From Eledone cirrhosa (Eukaryota), in assembly GCA_964016885.1 (NCBI GenBank), contig OZ024765.1, forward strand, positions 15,500,001-15,564,000: a stretch of 64,000 bases of DNA, in the 5' to 3' direction. Of the stretch, positions 42,960-56,413 are shown in pieces. The notes under the pieces are model-generated. The model searched no databases. It saw nothing but the letters and a program-made list of their open reading frames with translations, and had not been told where the DNA came from. The translations under genes were made by a program, and so were the position numbers. Within the stretch, counting starts at the first letter, position 1. Each line of letters starts with the position of its first letter.

Positions 42960-43184
42960 ACTAGAAATTGATTAACATGAATATAAATAAACATGAATAA
43001 TCACAGGATATAATTTTTACAAGTCTGTAAGAAAAATTAACTAGGTAGGTAACTAAATAAAGTTAACCAGAACTTCAACAATAGATACCTTATAATATGA
43101 TTAATCTTCCCTGTATATATTCCATAAAAGAAATATATTTCACCAATTAATCGAATGGTGATTATGTTTTGATTATTTTAATTT

Positions 43185-43279
<95 letters not shown>

Positions 43280-43772
43280 GTAGGTCCTGGGTTGAGTCGG
43301 GGATAACCACAGTAAGTAAGGTACTCAATACATGGCAGAGTAAATTTTTTTTATTTTATAGAAGGAACTTCTACAGGACTAGTACTGTTTCATTCAGATG
43401 AAATTATAGAAGGAACTTCTATAAAATATATATATATATATATATACATATATGAGATCGCACGGAGCTACATCGCTCCCGTTGTAACTTATTCTATTTT
43501 ATCCTCGGTTACTCACTTGCATGCGCCATTGTCCTGTGCCGCCCCCCCCCTCCATTTGGTTTGTTTACTTCGTTTTTTCATCTTTCCTTTTTCCTCTTTC
43601 TTCTTCTCTCTTCACTATATTTTTCTTTTCTTCCCTTCATGGCCTTTTGATCGACAAAAGGCCGAGGGCGCGCTGCTGATCGACTTCGATGTCCTGTGTT
43701 AAGTGCCGAAACATCTATGATCGCAGTTAACAACTGATGAAGGGTATCTTCTTTTGTTTTAGAGAGACTGAA

Positions 43773-43803
<31 letters not shown>

Positions 43804-43837
43804 AAGAGTCTGCGGTGCTGAGCCCGTACAGTCCACT

Positions 43838-44182
<345 letters not shown>

Positions 44183-44456
44183 ATATATATATGTGTATAT
44201 ATATATATGTGTGTATATATATATATATAGGTAATTTATTCTGGGTTGAATCGGAGGTAACCACAGTAAGTAAGGTACTCAATACATAGCAGAGTATAAG
44301 AGTTTTAATATAGATGAGATTCTACAGGACAAAACTGTTTCATTCTTGAGAAATCATCAGGAATCATCAGAGATTCCTAATGGGTTCTCCAGAATGAAAC
44401 AGTTCTAGGTCTGTAGAATCTCATCTATATTAAAACTATATATATATATATATATA

Positions 44457-44672
44457 CGATATTAAATAAATGGAAATTATATTTATAAAACCATATTTAT
44501 TTCATTATATATATTTCAGTGATATCATATTAAAAATATGTTATGCCTTCTTCAGACAAAATACAATATAAACAGTCTTATAAATAGATTGATTCGACAT
44601 ACCTTTCAACTTCGACTTGCATTTGAAAAGTTGATTTTCAAATGCAAGTCGAAGTTGAACGGTATGTCGAAT
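44457..44672 (-). mobile_element. Family A fragment (CTGAAGA variant) with short fold-back
   Basis: gccttcttcagacaaaat; ttcgacataccttt..ttcgacttgcatttgaaaa gttga ttttcaaatgcaagtcgaa..ggtatgtcgaa. Confidence 0.7.
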
Positions 44673-44814
44673 ATATATATATATATATAATAGGATACTG
44701 GTGCGATACAGATTACTAAATGTCAATAGCCGAAGCAGAGATTTATATAAAGAACTTGTTTTAACGGATTGTAGCTCCCCATTCATTCATTCATTCATAT
44801 GCTTATATATGGGT

Positions 44815-44885
44815 GATGTGTTGCTGTAATGGTAGCACAGTGGTCTGGATAACCAAAGATGTGGGTTCGACTCCCATCTACGCCA
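44815..44885 (+). pseudogene. tRNA-like sequence (tRNA pseudogene or SINE head)
   Basis: D arm tgct-gtaatggt-agca, anticodon arm tggt-ctggata-acca, T arm gtggg-ttcgact-cccat; acceptor stem poorly paired. Confidence 0.55.
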
Positions 44886-45021
44886 ATACTCATCTTTTTC
44901 CATTTATCTGAGGGTTCTAAACCCCATTATCAGACTAAAATTTCTTTCGTCAAAAATACGGTGAAAGCTATTCTATTTTCTAATTTCAAACCTGCTCACT
45001 GTTTCAAAACATTCCTACTTG

Positions 45022-45062
<41 letters not shown>

Positions 45063-45165
45063 GAAGGAAGTGTGGTAAGGAACCGTTTCGACGGCTATTT
45101 CTGGTCCAGAAATAGGCGTCGAAACGGCTTGAACTCTGCCGTCGGAGTCTTGAACACTTTCCTAA

Positions 45166-45199
<34 letters not shown>

Positions 45200-45554
45200 T
45201 TGAAAAGAGGGAGAAAAAGACGATTATTAGGAAGAAAAATATATTTGTTTCCCCTTTTATTTATTTCTCTCTTTTTTTTCTGGGTTAGAAAATGATTAAA
45301 ACGAAATATTTTACTGTGTGAAGTGTTAAGGTATTAGTTGATTTATTTATTAATTAACAATGGCATTTATTTATTGATATATTTAATAATTGTCTATACA
45401 TAGACAATCTACATATATATATATATATATATATATATAGATAGATAGATATACAAAGGTTATATTTAATTTGTTGGAATTCAACAAGCTTAAAAGTTTT
45501 ATAACTGGTATAGAGCACTCAACAAGTGTGGGGGGGGGGAGGTAAATATTCATT

Positions 45555-45720
45555 ATATTAATAAATGGAAACTATATTTATGAAACCATCATTATTTTAT
45601 TATATATATTTCAAGGGCAACCAAGGAAAATTTTGGTGCGCTTTCATCAGATAATATAGAAAATTTGTTTTATAAATGATGACATACTCGCCGAAGAACA
45701 ACCTTGACGGTTGGAGGTTC
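45555..45720 (-). mobile_element. Family A fragment with HHR core
   Basis: atttcaagggcaaccaaggaaaattttggtgcgctttcatcagata. Confidence 0.7.
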
Positions 45721-45736
45721 GCTATTGTAGATTAAG

Positions 45737-45810
<74 letters not shown>

Positions 45811-45849
45811 ATATATAAGATCAAAAGATGGTTAAAAGAGTTCCATGTA

Positions 45850-45918
45850 TTTCATTATGCGCATTTCAAAAACAAATATCATCATGCAATAACATTTGCA
45901 TTTTCGTCAGATAAAATA
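45850..45918 (-). ncRNA. Type I HHR motif (family C, CTGACGA variant)
   Basis: Minus: attttat CTGACGA aaatgcaaat..atttgttttt GAAA tgcgca TA atgaaat. Confidence 0.7.
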
Positions 45919-46099
45919 GGGAGACATGATATGAAGGTTAAAATACACTTGTGAATAGTGCAGTTTTAAATCAACATATATACTATTTATACTCCAGTCC
46001 TACAAACTGTAGAGTGCTTCTTATCCGATATCTGCATTGCTTTATTGTACTACAATAAAACTCACCTCGTTTATATATATATATATATATATGGTAACA

Positions 46100-46523
46100 T
46101 TTCTTTAAGTCGTTTGGAAGCCTCGACAATGCAGATGGGTAAATCTCCGGGTAACAAGATCCGGTAGTGGAGAGAGAGATGTAAGTGGGTGTACGTTGAG
46201 ATTCGTGGCGTGTATAAGATTGTAACGTGTAGAGGAATGAAGGAATGAGCATAAAGGATAAAAATAAAAATAACAACACGAGAAAGAGTTACCTTGGGAG
46301 AGATTTAATTGTCCTTAATCTCTCCCAAGGTAACTCTTTCTCGTGTTGTTATTTTTATTTTTATCCTTTACGCTCTTTCCTTCATTCCTCTACACGTTAC
46401 AATGTTATACACACCACGCATCTCAACGTACACTCACTTACATCTCTCTCTCCACCACCGGATCTTGTTACCCGAAGATTTACCCATCTGCATTGTCGAG
46501 GCTTCCAAACGACTTAAAGAAAT
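46100..46523. repeat. Long inverted repeat, ~205-bp arms with ~13-nt spacer
   Basis: tttctttaagtcgtttggaagcc...gttaccttgggagagatt / aatctctcccaaggtaac...ggcttccaaacgacttaaagaaa. Confidence 0.9.
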
Positions 46524-46567
46524 TTACCTTATTATTCCACAATGCTTCAAGCAAACTTCAATACTCT

Positions 46568-46602
<35 letters not shown>

Positions 46603-46603
46603 C

Positions 46604-49600
46604 ATTATATAAACCATTGTGTTATAAGTGGAAGTATTGTAGAAACAATTATATAAACCATTGTGTTATAAGTGGAAGTATTGTAGAAACAATTATATAA
46701 ATCTTTGTATTATATGTGGAAATATTGTAGAAACAATTATATAAACCATTGTGTTATAAGTGGAAGTATTATAGAAATAATTATATAAACCATTGTGTTA
46801 TAAGTGGAAGTATTGTAGTAACAATTATATAAACCATTGTGTTATAAGTGGAAGTATTGTAGAAACAATTATATAGACCATTGTGTTATAAGTGGAAGTA
46901 TTGTAGAAACAATTATATAAACCATTGTGTTATAAGTGGAAGTATTGTAGAAACAATTATATAAACCATTGTGTTATAAGTGGAAGTATTGTAGAAACAA
47001 TTATATAAACCATTGTGTTATAAGTGAAAGTATTGTAGAAACAATTATATAAACCATTGTGTTATAAGTGGAGGTATTGTAGAAATAATTATATAAACCA
47101 TTGTGTTATAAGTGGAGGTATTGTAGAAATAATTATATAAACCATTGTGTTATAAGTGGAGGTATTGTAGAAACAATTATATAAACCATTGTGTTATAAG
47201 TGGAAGTATTGTAGAAATAATTATATAAACCATTGTGTTATAAGTGGAGGTATTGTAGAAACAATTATATAAACCATTGTGTTATATGTGGAAGTATTGT
47301 AGAAACAATTATATAAACCATTGTGTTATAAGTGGAGGTATTGTAGAAAAAATTATATAAACCATTGTGTTATAAGTGGAAGTATTGTAGAAATAATTAT
47401 ATAAACCATTGTGTTATAAGTGGAAGTATTGTAGAAATAATTATATAAACCATTGTGTTATAAGTGGAAGTATTGTAGAAATAATTATATAAACCATTGT
47501 GTTATAAGTGGAGGTATTGTAGAAATAATTATATAAACCATTGTGTTATATGTGGAGGTATTGTAGAAATAATTATATAAACCATTGTGTTATATGTGGA
47601 AGTATTGTAGAAATAATTATATAAACCATTGTGTTATAAGTGGAGGTATTGTAGAAACAATTATATAAACCATTGTGTTATATGTGGAAGTATTGTAGAA
47701 ACAATTATATAAACCATTGTGTTATAAGTGGAGGTATTGTAGAAACAATTATATAAACCATTGTGTTATAAGTGGAAGTATTGTAGAAATAATTATATAA
47801 ACCATTGTGTTATAAGTGGAAGTATTGTAGAAACAATTATATAAACCATTGTGTTATAAGTGGAGGTATTGTAGAAATAATTATATAAACCATTGTGTTA
47901 TAAGTGGAGGTATTGTAGAAACAATTATATAAACCATTGTGTTATAAGTGGAGGTATTGTAGAAATAATTATATAAACCATTGTGTTATAAGTGGAAGTA
48001 TTGTAGAAACAATTATATAAACCATTGTGTTATAAGTGGAGGTATTGTAGAAACAATTATATAAACCATTGTGTTATAAGTGGAAGTATTGTAGACATAA
48101 TTATATAAACCATTGTGTTATAAGTGGAGGTATTGTAGAAATAATTATATAAACCATTGTGTTATAAGTGGAAGTATTGTAGAAAGAATTATATAAACCA
48201 TTGTGTTATATGTGGAGGTATTATAGAAACAATTATATAAACCATTGTGTTATAAGTGGAGGTATTGTAGAAATAATTATATAAACCATTGTGTTATAAG
48301 TGGAAGTATTGTAGAAATAATTATATAAACCATTGTGTTATAAGTGGAGGTATTGTAGAAACAATTATATAAACCATTGTGTTATAAGTGGAAGTATTGT
48401 AGAAATAATTATATAAACCATTGTGTTATAAGTGGAGGTATTGTAGAAATAATTATATAAACCATTGTGTTATATGTGGAGGTATTGTAGAAACAATTAT
48501 ATAAACCATTGTGTTATAAGTGGAAGTATTGTAGAAATAATTATATAAACCATTGTGTTATAAGTGGAAGTATTGTAGAAATAATTATATAAACCATTGT
48601 GTTATAAGTGGAGGTATCGTAGAAATAATTATATAAACCATTGTGTTATATGTGGAGGTATCGTAGAAATAATTATATAAACCATTGTGTTATATGTGGA
48701 GGTATCGTAGAAACAATTATATAAACCATTGTGTTATAAGTGGAAGTATTGTAGAAATAATTATATAAACCATTGTGTTATAAGTGGAGGTATTGTAGAA
48801 ATAATTATATAAACCATTGTGTTATATGTGGAGGTATTGTAGAAATAATTATATAAACCATTGTGTTATAAGTGGAAGTATTGTAGAAATAATTATATAA
48901 ACCATTGTGTTATAAGTGGAAGTATTGTAGAAATAATTATATAAACCATTGTGTTATAAGTGGAAGTATTGTAGAAATAATTATATAAACCATTGTGTTA
49001 TAAGTGGAGGTATCGTAGAAATAATTATATAAACCATTGTGTTATATGTGGAGGTATCGTAGAAACAATTATATAAACCATTGTGTTATAAGTGGAGGTA
49101 TTGTAGAAATAATTATATAAACCATTGTGTTATAAGTGGAAGTATTGTAGAAACAATTATATAAACCATTGTGTTATAAGTGGAGGTATTGTAGAAATAA
49201 TTATATAAACCATTGTGTTATAAGTGGAGGTATTGTAGAAACAACTATATAAACCATTGTGTTATAAGTGGAAGTATTGTAGAAATAATTATATAAACCA
49301 TTGTGTTATAAGTGGTGGTATTGTAGAAATAATTATATAAACCATTGTGTTATAAGTGGAAGTATTGTAGAAACAATTATATAAACCAGTGTGTTATAAG
49401 TGGAGGTATTGTAGAAATAATTATATAAACCATTGTGTTATAAGTGGAGGTATTGTAGAAATAATTATATAAACCATTGTGTTATAAGTGGAGGTATTGT
49501 AGAAATAATTATATAAACCATTGTGTTATAAGTGGAGGTATTGTAGAAACAATTATATAAACCATTGTGTTATAAGTGGAAGTATTGTAGAAATAATTAT

Positions 49601-50112
49601 ATAAACCATTGTGTTATAAGTGGAGGTATTGTAGAAATAATTATATAAACCATTGTGTTATATGTGGAGGTATTGTAGAAAGAATTATATAAACCATTGT
49701 GTTATATGTGGAGGTATTATAGAAACAATTATATAAACCATTGTGTTATAAGTGGAGGTATTGTAGAAATAATTATATAAACCATTGTGTTATAAGTGGA
49801 GGTATTGTAGAAATAATTATATAAACCATTGTGTTATAAGTGGAGGTATTGTAGAAACAATTATATAAACCATTGTGTTATAAGTGGAAGTATTGTAGAA
49901 ATAATTATATAAACCATTGTGTTATAAGTGGAAGTATTGTAGAAATAATTATATAAACCATTGTGTTATAAGTGGAGGTATCGTAGAAATAATTATATAA
50001 ACCATTGTGTTATATGTGGAGGTATCGTAGAAACAATTATATAAACCATTGTGTTATAAGTGGAGGTATTGTAGAAATAATTATATAAACCATTGTGTTA
50101 TATGTGGAGGTA
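46604..50112. repeat. 44-bp minisatellite, ~80 copies
   Basis: Unit aattatataaaccattgtgttataagtggaagtattgtagaaac; aaaccatt at 46743 and 46787. Confidence 0.97.
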
Positions 50113-50384
50113 TCCCATCAAGACATTTGCATATCTCAATATATGCACAGTAATCGTATCAGAAATGGTCCAATCATAATAAGCTGACATATTTCCTTTG
50201 TTAATATATGCAGCAATTATTGCGAGCTTAAATCTGATTATGACTTGAGTAAATACTAATATAGTGGCTCTAATGATAGATTTAGATTGCATTAACATCA
50301 GATTAGTAGAGTTGCTAACTACTTGTAGCGCATTGAGATATGTACTGTTATATAGATCATGGCAATGTTAACCTTGCATCGGCA

Positions 50385-50666
50385 GCATCGTCATCGGCGT
50401 CGTTAATTCTCGTCGTCCTTATCGGCATCATCATCGTCGTCATTGTGGTCGTCGTCAGCGCCGTCGTAGTCACCATCGGCATCATCGTCATCATCGTCAT
50501 CATCACCATCGTCACCATCGTCGTCATCATCATCGCCGTCATCATCACGATCGTCACCATCATCATCGCCGTCATCATCATCACCATCATCACCACCATC
50601 CGCGCCATAATCACCATTGCCATCCTCACCAGCATCACCATCGTCACCATCACCATCATCACCACG

Positions 50667-50697
<31 letters not shown>

Positions 50698-50890
50698 CCA
50701 TCACCATCATCGCCGTCATCATCACCATCATCATCACCATCACCATCCTCACCATCATCATCACCATCATCACCATCATCACCATCGTCATCACCATCAC
50801 TACCATCACCATCATCATCATCATCATCATCCTCACCATCATCATCTTCATCACCATCACCATCATCACCATCACCAACATCGTCATGAT
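50385..50890. repeat. Degenerate (CAT/CAC/CGT)n repeat
   Basis: Direct reading. Confidence 0.9.
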
Positions 50891-51121
50891 CCAGTTTTAT
50901 TTTGTTTTTCAATATGCAGGACACATATGATCTCTAGGTATAGGGTGGTACCTGCCTCACAGCCCTCGTTAGTGACCCACTCCATGTGTTGCTGTCTGCT
51001 GGTCTCACGTGGGCCAGGCCAATCCTATTATCATGCCGGCCGGCGGACACCCTCGATCCTACTCCCCATTAAAATAAACCACATATCTAAACGCCTTACT
51101 GTTGTGTTACCGACATGTAGA

Positions 51122-52073
51122 CCGAATAAGGTGAAACATTTGTTCTTGAAGGATCCGAATAAGGTGAAACATTTGTTCTTGGAGAATCCGAATAAGGTGA
51201 AACATTTGTTCTTGGAGAATCCGAATAAGGTGAAACATTTGTTCTTGGAGAATCCGAATAAGGTGAAACATTTGTTCTTGGAGAATCCGAATAAGGTGAA
51301 ACATTTGTTCTTGGAGAATCCGAATAAGGTGAAACATTTGTTCTTGGAGAATCCGAATAAGGTGAAACATTTGTTCTTGGAGAATCCGAATAAGGTGAAA
51401 CATTTGTTCTTGGAGAATCCGAATAAGGTGAAACATTTGTTCTTGGAGAATCCGAATAAGGTGAAACATTTGTTCTTGGAGAATCCGAATAAGGTGAAAC
51501 ATTTGTTCTTGGAGAATCCGAATAAGGTGAAACATTTGTTCTTGGAGAATCCGAATAAGGTGAAACATTTGTTCTTGGAGAATCCGAATAAGGTGAAACA
51601 TTTGTTCTTGGAGAATCCGAATAAGGTGAAACATTTGTTCTTGGAGAATCCGAATAAGGTGAAACATTTGTTCTTGGAGAATCCGAATAAGGTGAAACAT
51701 TTGTTCTTGGAGAATCCGAATAAGGTGAAACATTTGTTCTTGGAGAATCCGAATAAGGTGAAACATTTGTTCTTGGAGAATCCGAATAAGGTGAAACATT
51801 TGTTCTTGGAGAATCCGAATAAGGTGAAACATTTGTTCTTGGAGAATCCGAATAAGGTGAAACATTTGTTCTTGGAGAATCCGAATAAGGTGAAACATTT
51901 GTTCTTGGAGAATCCGAATAAGGTGAAACATTTGTTCTTGGAGAATCCGAATAAGGTGAAACATTTGTTCTTGGAGAATCCGAATAAGGTGAAACATTTG
52001 TTCTTGGAGAATCCGAATAAGGTGAAACATTTGTTCTTGGAGAATCCGAATAAGGTGAAACATTTGTTCTTGG
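51122..52073. repeat. 33-bp near-perfect tandem repeat, ~29 copies
   Basis: Unit ccgaataaggtgaaacatttgttcttggagaat. Confidence 0.97.
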
Positions 52074-52191
52074 AAATGGTGAAATAACTGTTGAGGTACT
52101 AATTGTACCAAACTCGTCCCATGGACTGAGTGCTCTACCACTACGGATATAACCTTCCAGTGTTGTACTATTATATATATATATATATATA

Positions 52192-52398
52192 TAGGAACGA
52201 GTAGGACCCTGACGGCTGAGCTCAAGCCATTTCGACGGCTAATTCTGGACTAAAAAATTAGTCCAGAATTAGCCGTCGAAACGGCTTGAGTTCAGCCGTC
52301 GGGGTCCTACTCGTTCCTATTACCCACTCTATTACCCTAAATATTGAGTACTGTGGTGCGTTAGGGTCCACCTGGTTCCTTACCACATTTCCTTCGTT
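52192..52398. mobile_element. Family B fold-back element
   Basis: ttcgacggctaattctggactaa aaaa ttagtccagaattagccgtcgaa centre. Confidence 0.85.
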
Positions 52399-52422
52399 TT
52401 ATATATATATATATATATATAT

Positions 52423-52695
52423 ACGATATTAACAAATGGAAACTATATTTATAAAACCATATTTATTTCATTATACATATTTCAAGGACACCAAGTTAAA
52501 TTATGGTGTGCTTTCATCAGATAAAATATAATATAGAGCAGTTTTATAGATAAATATTGACATACCCTTAAAGAATGCAACAATTACTGTTGGAAGTTCC
52601 CGGATAGTTTTACTCCAATTATTTGTTGAGTGCTTTATATCAGTTATAAAAATATTTGCTTGTTGCTTCCCAACAATGTAAATAGAACTTTTACA
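52423..52695. mobile_element. Family A fragment with HHR core plus inverted flank
   Basis: atttcaaggacaccaagttaaattatggtgtgctttcatcagataaaat. Confidence 0.75.
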
Positions 52696-52826
52696 TATAT
52701 ATATATAGTTTTGTGAGGGTTTTGATATGAAATCATGTGTCGAAACAAATATTGTTATACTTGGGGAGGGTCATATTTGTGTTATTAATTCTGGCAATAT
52801 TACACAAATATGACCCTCGCCAAGTA

Positions 52827-52890
<64 letters not shown>

Positions 52891-52944
52891 TGTAATAAAC
52901 ATCATAATATAATTATTTCATTTACCAGTGGTTTCCTGAAAAAA

Positions 52945-53829
52945 AGAATTAGTTGTTGGCCAGAGAGAAAGGTGTCTGACCTCAGCCCTTTCAACCTTGT
53001 CCACCTTACAACTCTTTCGGCATAGCGATCACACAAAGGAAAACCGCATCTCCTTCGTTTTTGAAGGAGGGTGGCGGTTTGATCATGACAATGGACTACG
53101 TGGTCAACCCGATTAGTCCCACCCGCGACAATAGTCGTTCTACATAGCCCCGGGCAGTGTATGAATGCGTGCGCGACGGTTTCTTCGTCTCGCACGTACC
53201 TCGGACAGATCTTTTTTGCAGGGTCCTTGCCCGGGCGCCCATGTCTGTAGAGCTTGTCTCGAACTGGTAGAGCTCCTCGGTAGCACTGCCAGGCCAGGGA
53301 CTTTTGGAAGTTGTCCATCAGTCCCGGGCGGAAGGTCCTACCGAGCAGACTGGCCAGTTCGTCTTCCTATACGCCCAGTTTCACCGAGCACGTCGTCGCA
53401 CTTGCTGCGGATCAACTCTCTATAGAATGACGTCGCCCATTTTCCTCGGTTTTTGCTTGACCCAGGACTGCAGCTCGGTCAACGAGACGAGTCGTGGGAA
53501 GGTTCGCCTCACGACTCGTCTCGCTGACCGGTGAGGAATACGTAGAGATGCCGAAGCCTGAGCGCGCGTTTGCGCATCGTCAGCCACGGCAACCCCAGCC
53601 CTCCGTTGGAAGGGCGTTTGCAGCAGATGGATCTTCTCACCATAGGAGCCCGCCTCTTCCAAAGGAATTGGAAGAGCGCGCGCTCCATTTTGGCGAGCGT
53701 TTTGGCTGGACAAGGCACGACGGTCAAGCGGTAGTAGATGGCGGACGCTATAAAAGTGTTCACCAGCTCCGCTCGACCTTTCAAGGGTAGTTTGCACTCG
53801 GCCCACTTCTGGCTGAGTGCAAACACCTT
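52945..53829 (-). pseudogene. 5'-truncated, frameshifted Tx1/L1-clade LINE ORF2 fragment (post-RT region and zf-RVT)
   Basis: ORF track: KWAECKLPLKGRAELVNTFIASAIYYR...FQFLWK...GGLGLP (W..r.LS..GR, FLW and GGLG motifs) and AWQCYRGALPVRDKLYRHG...CPRY...EETVAHAFIHCP (zf-RVT); GC-rich against AT background. Confidence 0.88.
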
Positions 53830-54370
53830 GTAGATATTCTTTTGCTCATTTATTATCTTGTACTATTAGACTGCGGCCATGCAACGGCAGAGGTATGAAC
53901 AGTTATAGGCGAACATATCGAAACCAGAACTAAATTTTACAGACTTGAATATTTGTTCAATATATCCCTTCTATGTATTTCCCACGTGTGAGTTACAGAA
54001 CATAATCAGTAGCGACATAATTAGGTCGAGAACAGAATACTGCATTTACAGACATACTCCTATACATACATATATCAGTGATGGGATTACCTATATGAGA
54101 AAATAACTATAGCTTAAGGTCACAGATTTATCGTTAATTTTTATTCCTTTACATTGAATCGTCAAACATTAATATAATATTTATATTATATATAACATTA
54201 ATAAAATATTTATATTATATATAAATTTAATATCAAAAATAATAATATTTTGCGAGGAATCAACTCAAATATTTCCCATTAGGGCCTTAGCAGATGAAAA
54301 ATAGGCTCTGACATACACACACTAACACACACACACACACATACACACACACACATATATATATATATAA

Positions 54371-54425
<55 letters not shown>

Positions 54426-54436
54426 GAAGTTCTATT

Positions 54437-54741
54437 TTTATAACTGATATAAAGCACTCAACAAATAATTGGAGTAAAAATACTATATTAACAAATGGAA
54501 ACTATATTTATAAAACCATATTTATTTCATTATACATATTTCAAGGGCACCAAGTTAAATTATGGTGTGCTTTCATCAGATAAAATATAATATAGATCAT
54601 TTATTTATTTATTTATTTATAAAACTGATCTATATTATATTTTATCTGATGAAAGCACACCATAATTAAACTTGGTGTCCTTGAAATATGTATCATGAAA
54701 TAAATATGGTTTTATAAATATAGTTTCCATTTGTTAATATC

Positions 54742-54745
<4 letters not shown>
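54437..54745. mobile_element. Family A fold-back with an HHR core on each strand
   Basis: Arms ~54485-54600 and ~54625-54745; plus core attttat CTGATGA aagcacacca..tggtgtcctt GAAA tatgta TC atgaaat at 54639-54701. Confidence 0.85.
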
Positions 54746-54779
<34 letters not shown>

Positions 54780-55025
54780 ATGATATTAAAAAATGGAAAC
54801 TATATATATAAAACCATATTTATGTTATTATATATGTGTCAAGGGTACAAACATTTTGGTACGCTCTCATCAGATAAAATCCAAAATGTATGTCATAAAT
54901 GGTGACATACCCAAGAAACCAGACCTTATCGGTTCAGGTTCAGGTTAAGGATCAGAAAAACTGTAGAGTGCTTCGAAACTGTTATAAATACATTTGTTGA
55001 ATAACCAATACATTTAATATCTCTT
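54780..55025 (-). mobile_element. Diverged family A fragment
   Basis: aaatggaaactatatatataaaaccat..ggtacgctctcatcagataaaat. Confidence 0.65.
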
Positions 55026-55027
55026 TG

Positions 55028-55120
<93 letters not shown>

Positions 55121-55283
55121 ATAACAGATTAAAGTTTAAGCAAAGTATCGCTGCTTTCACCCTTAACGGGATCTTCTGAAACTCATATTTGCACTACGGC
55201 TTATATATATTTATATTTATATAATCCTTATCGAGTCTTCTTCGGGCTTTAATCTTCACATTTTTTTAATTATTACTATATAT

Positions 55284-55471
55284 ATATAAGTGGTAACACA
55301 ACAGTTAGTTCACCATACCGAGAACAATTTTGTTTCACCTTAGCGGATGTTGAGATTCGCTAATGAGAAACAAGTGTTCTCGGTATAGTGAACTAATTGT
55401 TGTGTTACCACTTATACCTAACTCGTCCCACGGGCTGAGTGCTCAACCACTACGGATATTACCTTCTAGTG

Positions 55472-55472
<1 letters not shown>
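55284..55472. mobile_element. Fold-back PLE-like fragment (family E)
   Basis: ataagtggtaacacaac..gtttcaccttagcggat gttgag attcgctaatgagaaac..gttgtgttaccacttat; tail shared with 52050-52165. Confidence 0.75.
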
Positions 55473-55545
<73 letters not shown>

Positions 55546-56130
55546 ATATATGTATGTATAATTATTGTGTGTTTGTGATTAATCTCAGCATTGCATTAAT
55601 ACTCCACCAACATACCAAAATAGAACATAGGGGCACATTACAGAACATAGAGTTAGAAATTATATCCACACACAGAAAAGATACAATGCTCAGATAAATC
55701 CCAGAGGCAACAAATATAAATGAAATCCAACCAAAATCAAACAGAAAACATGAGTGGAATAGCAACATCACAACTAGTAATTAAGGACAAAATGAGACAT
55801 ACAGACACACAATAACCGAACTAACAAAACAAATCTGACACACACAGATAGAACAAACAACCAACTAGTGACAAGTAAATAAACACATAAATAAATAAAT
55901 AAAACACACACACACGGATGTAAAACATGCGCAAACTAAACAGACAACACACAACACATAAAACAAGATGGTGTAGGACAGAAAAGAGGAGGGACACAAA
56001 ATATCAACGTAGTGAGTGAGGAGGCCACAGAATGTGTGATAAAAGAGCTTTGACAATATATAAACAACTTTCCGGTTAGTGAATCAACCAACCTGAAATT
56101 TATAATAAACTGAAGTGCAAACCGAAAGGT

Positions 56131-56171
<41 letters not shown>

Positions 56172-56374
56172 TATATCGATTACGCTGTCGAAATATTCGA
56201 TAAATATTCCGCTACGGCCGACGCGAAGCGCTAGTTTCGGCTATTGGTCGGAAATTTCTTCATAGAAGCCTCATTCTTATAGCCTGGTCCATTCGATTTT
56301 TTATATGGTTAATTATGCTAATTGGGAGAAGAAATAGTATATATTTTATCTTTTGATTCTATAGACATGTTTTA

Positions 56375-56413
<39 letters not shown>

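Noticed and set aside
43705-43750. Possible permuted hammerhead (cgaaac...ctgatgaagg)
   Set aside because: Stem III and the cleavage triplet could not be paired convincingly; the ctgatgatggg motifs at ~41051 and ~59738 also lack a complete visible core
50403-50924. Asp/Gly-rich acidic protein or Met-rich reflectin-like ORF
   Set aside because: Degenerate (CAT)n repeat open in several frames; no signal peptide or reflectin motif
51122-52073. CRISPR-like array (33-bp repeats)
   Set aside because: Repeats abut with no unique spacers, there are no cas genes, and the context is eukaryotic; the same applies to the 44-bp and 97-bp arrays
50927-52225. 386-aa and 372-aa ORFs on opposite strands
   Set aside because: They are open only because the 33-bp unit is a multiple of 3 and lacks stops in those frames; no synonymous variation, and the unit derives from a repeat family
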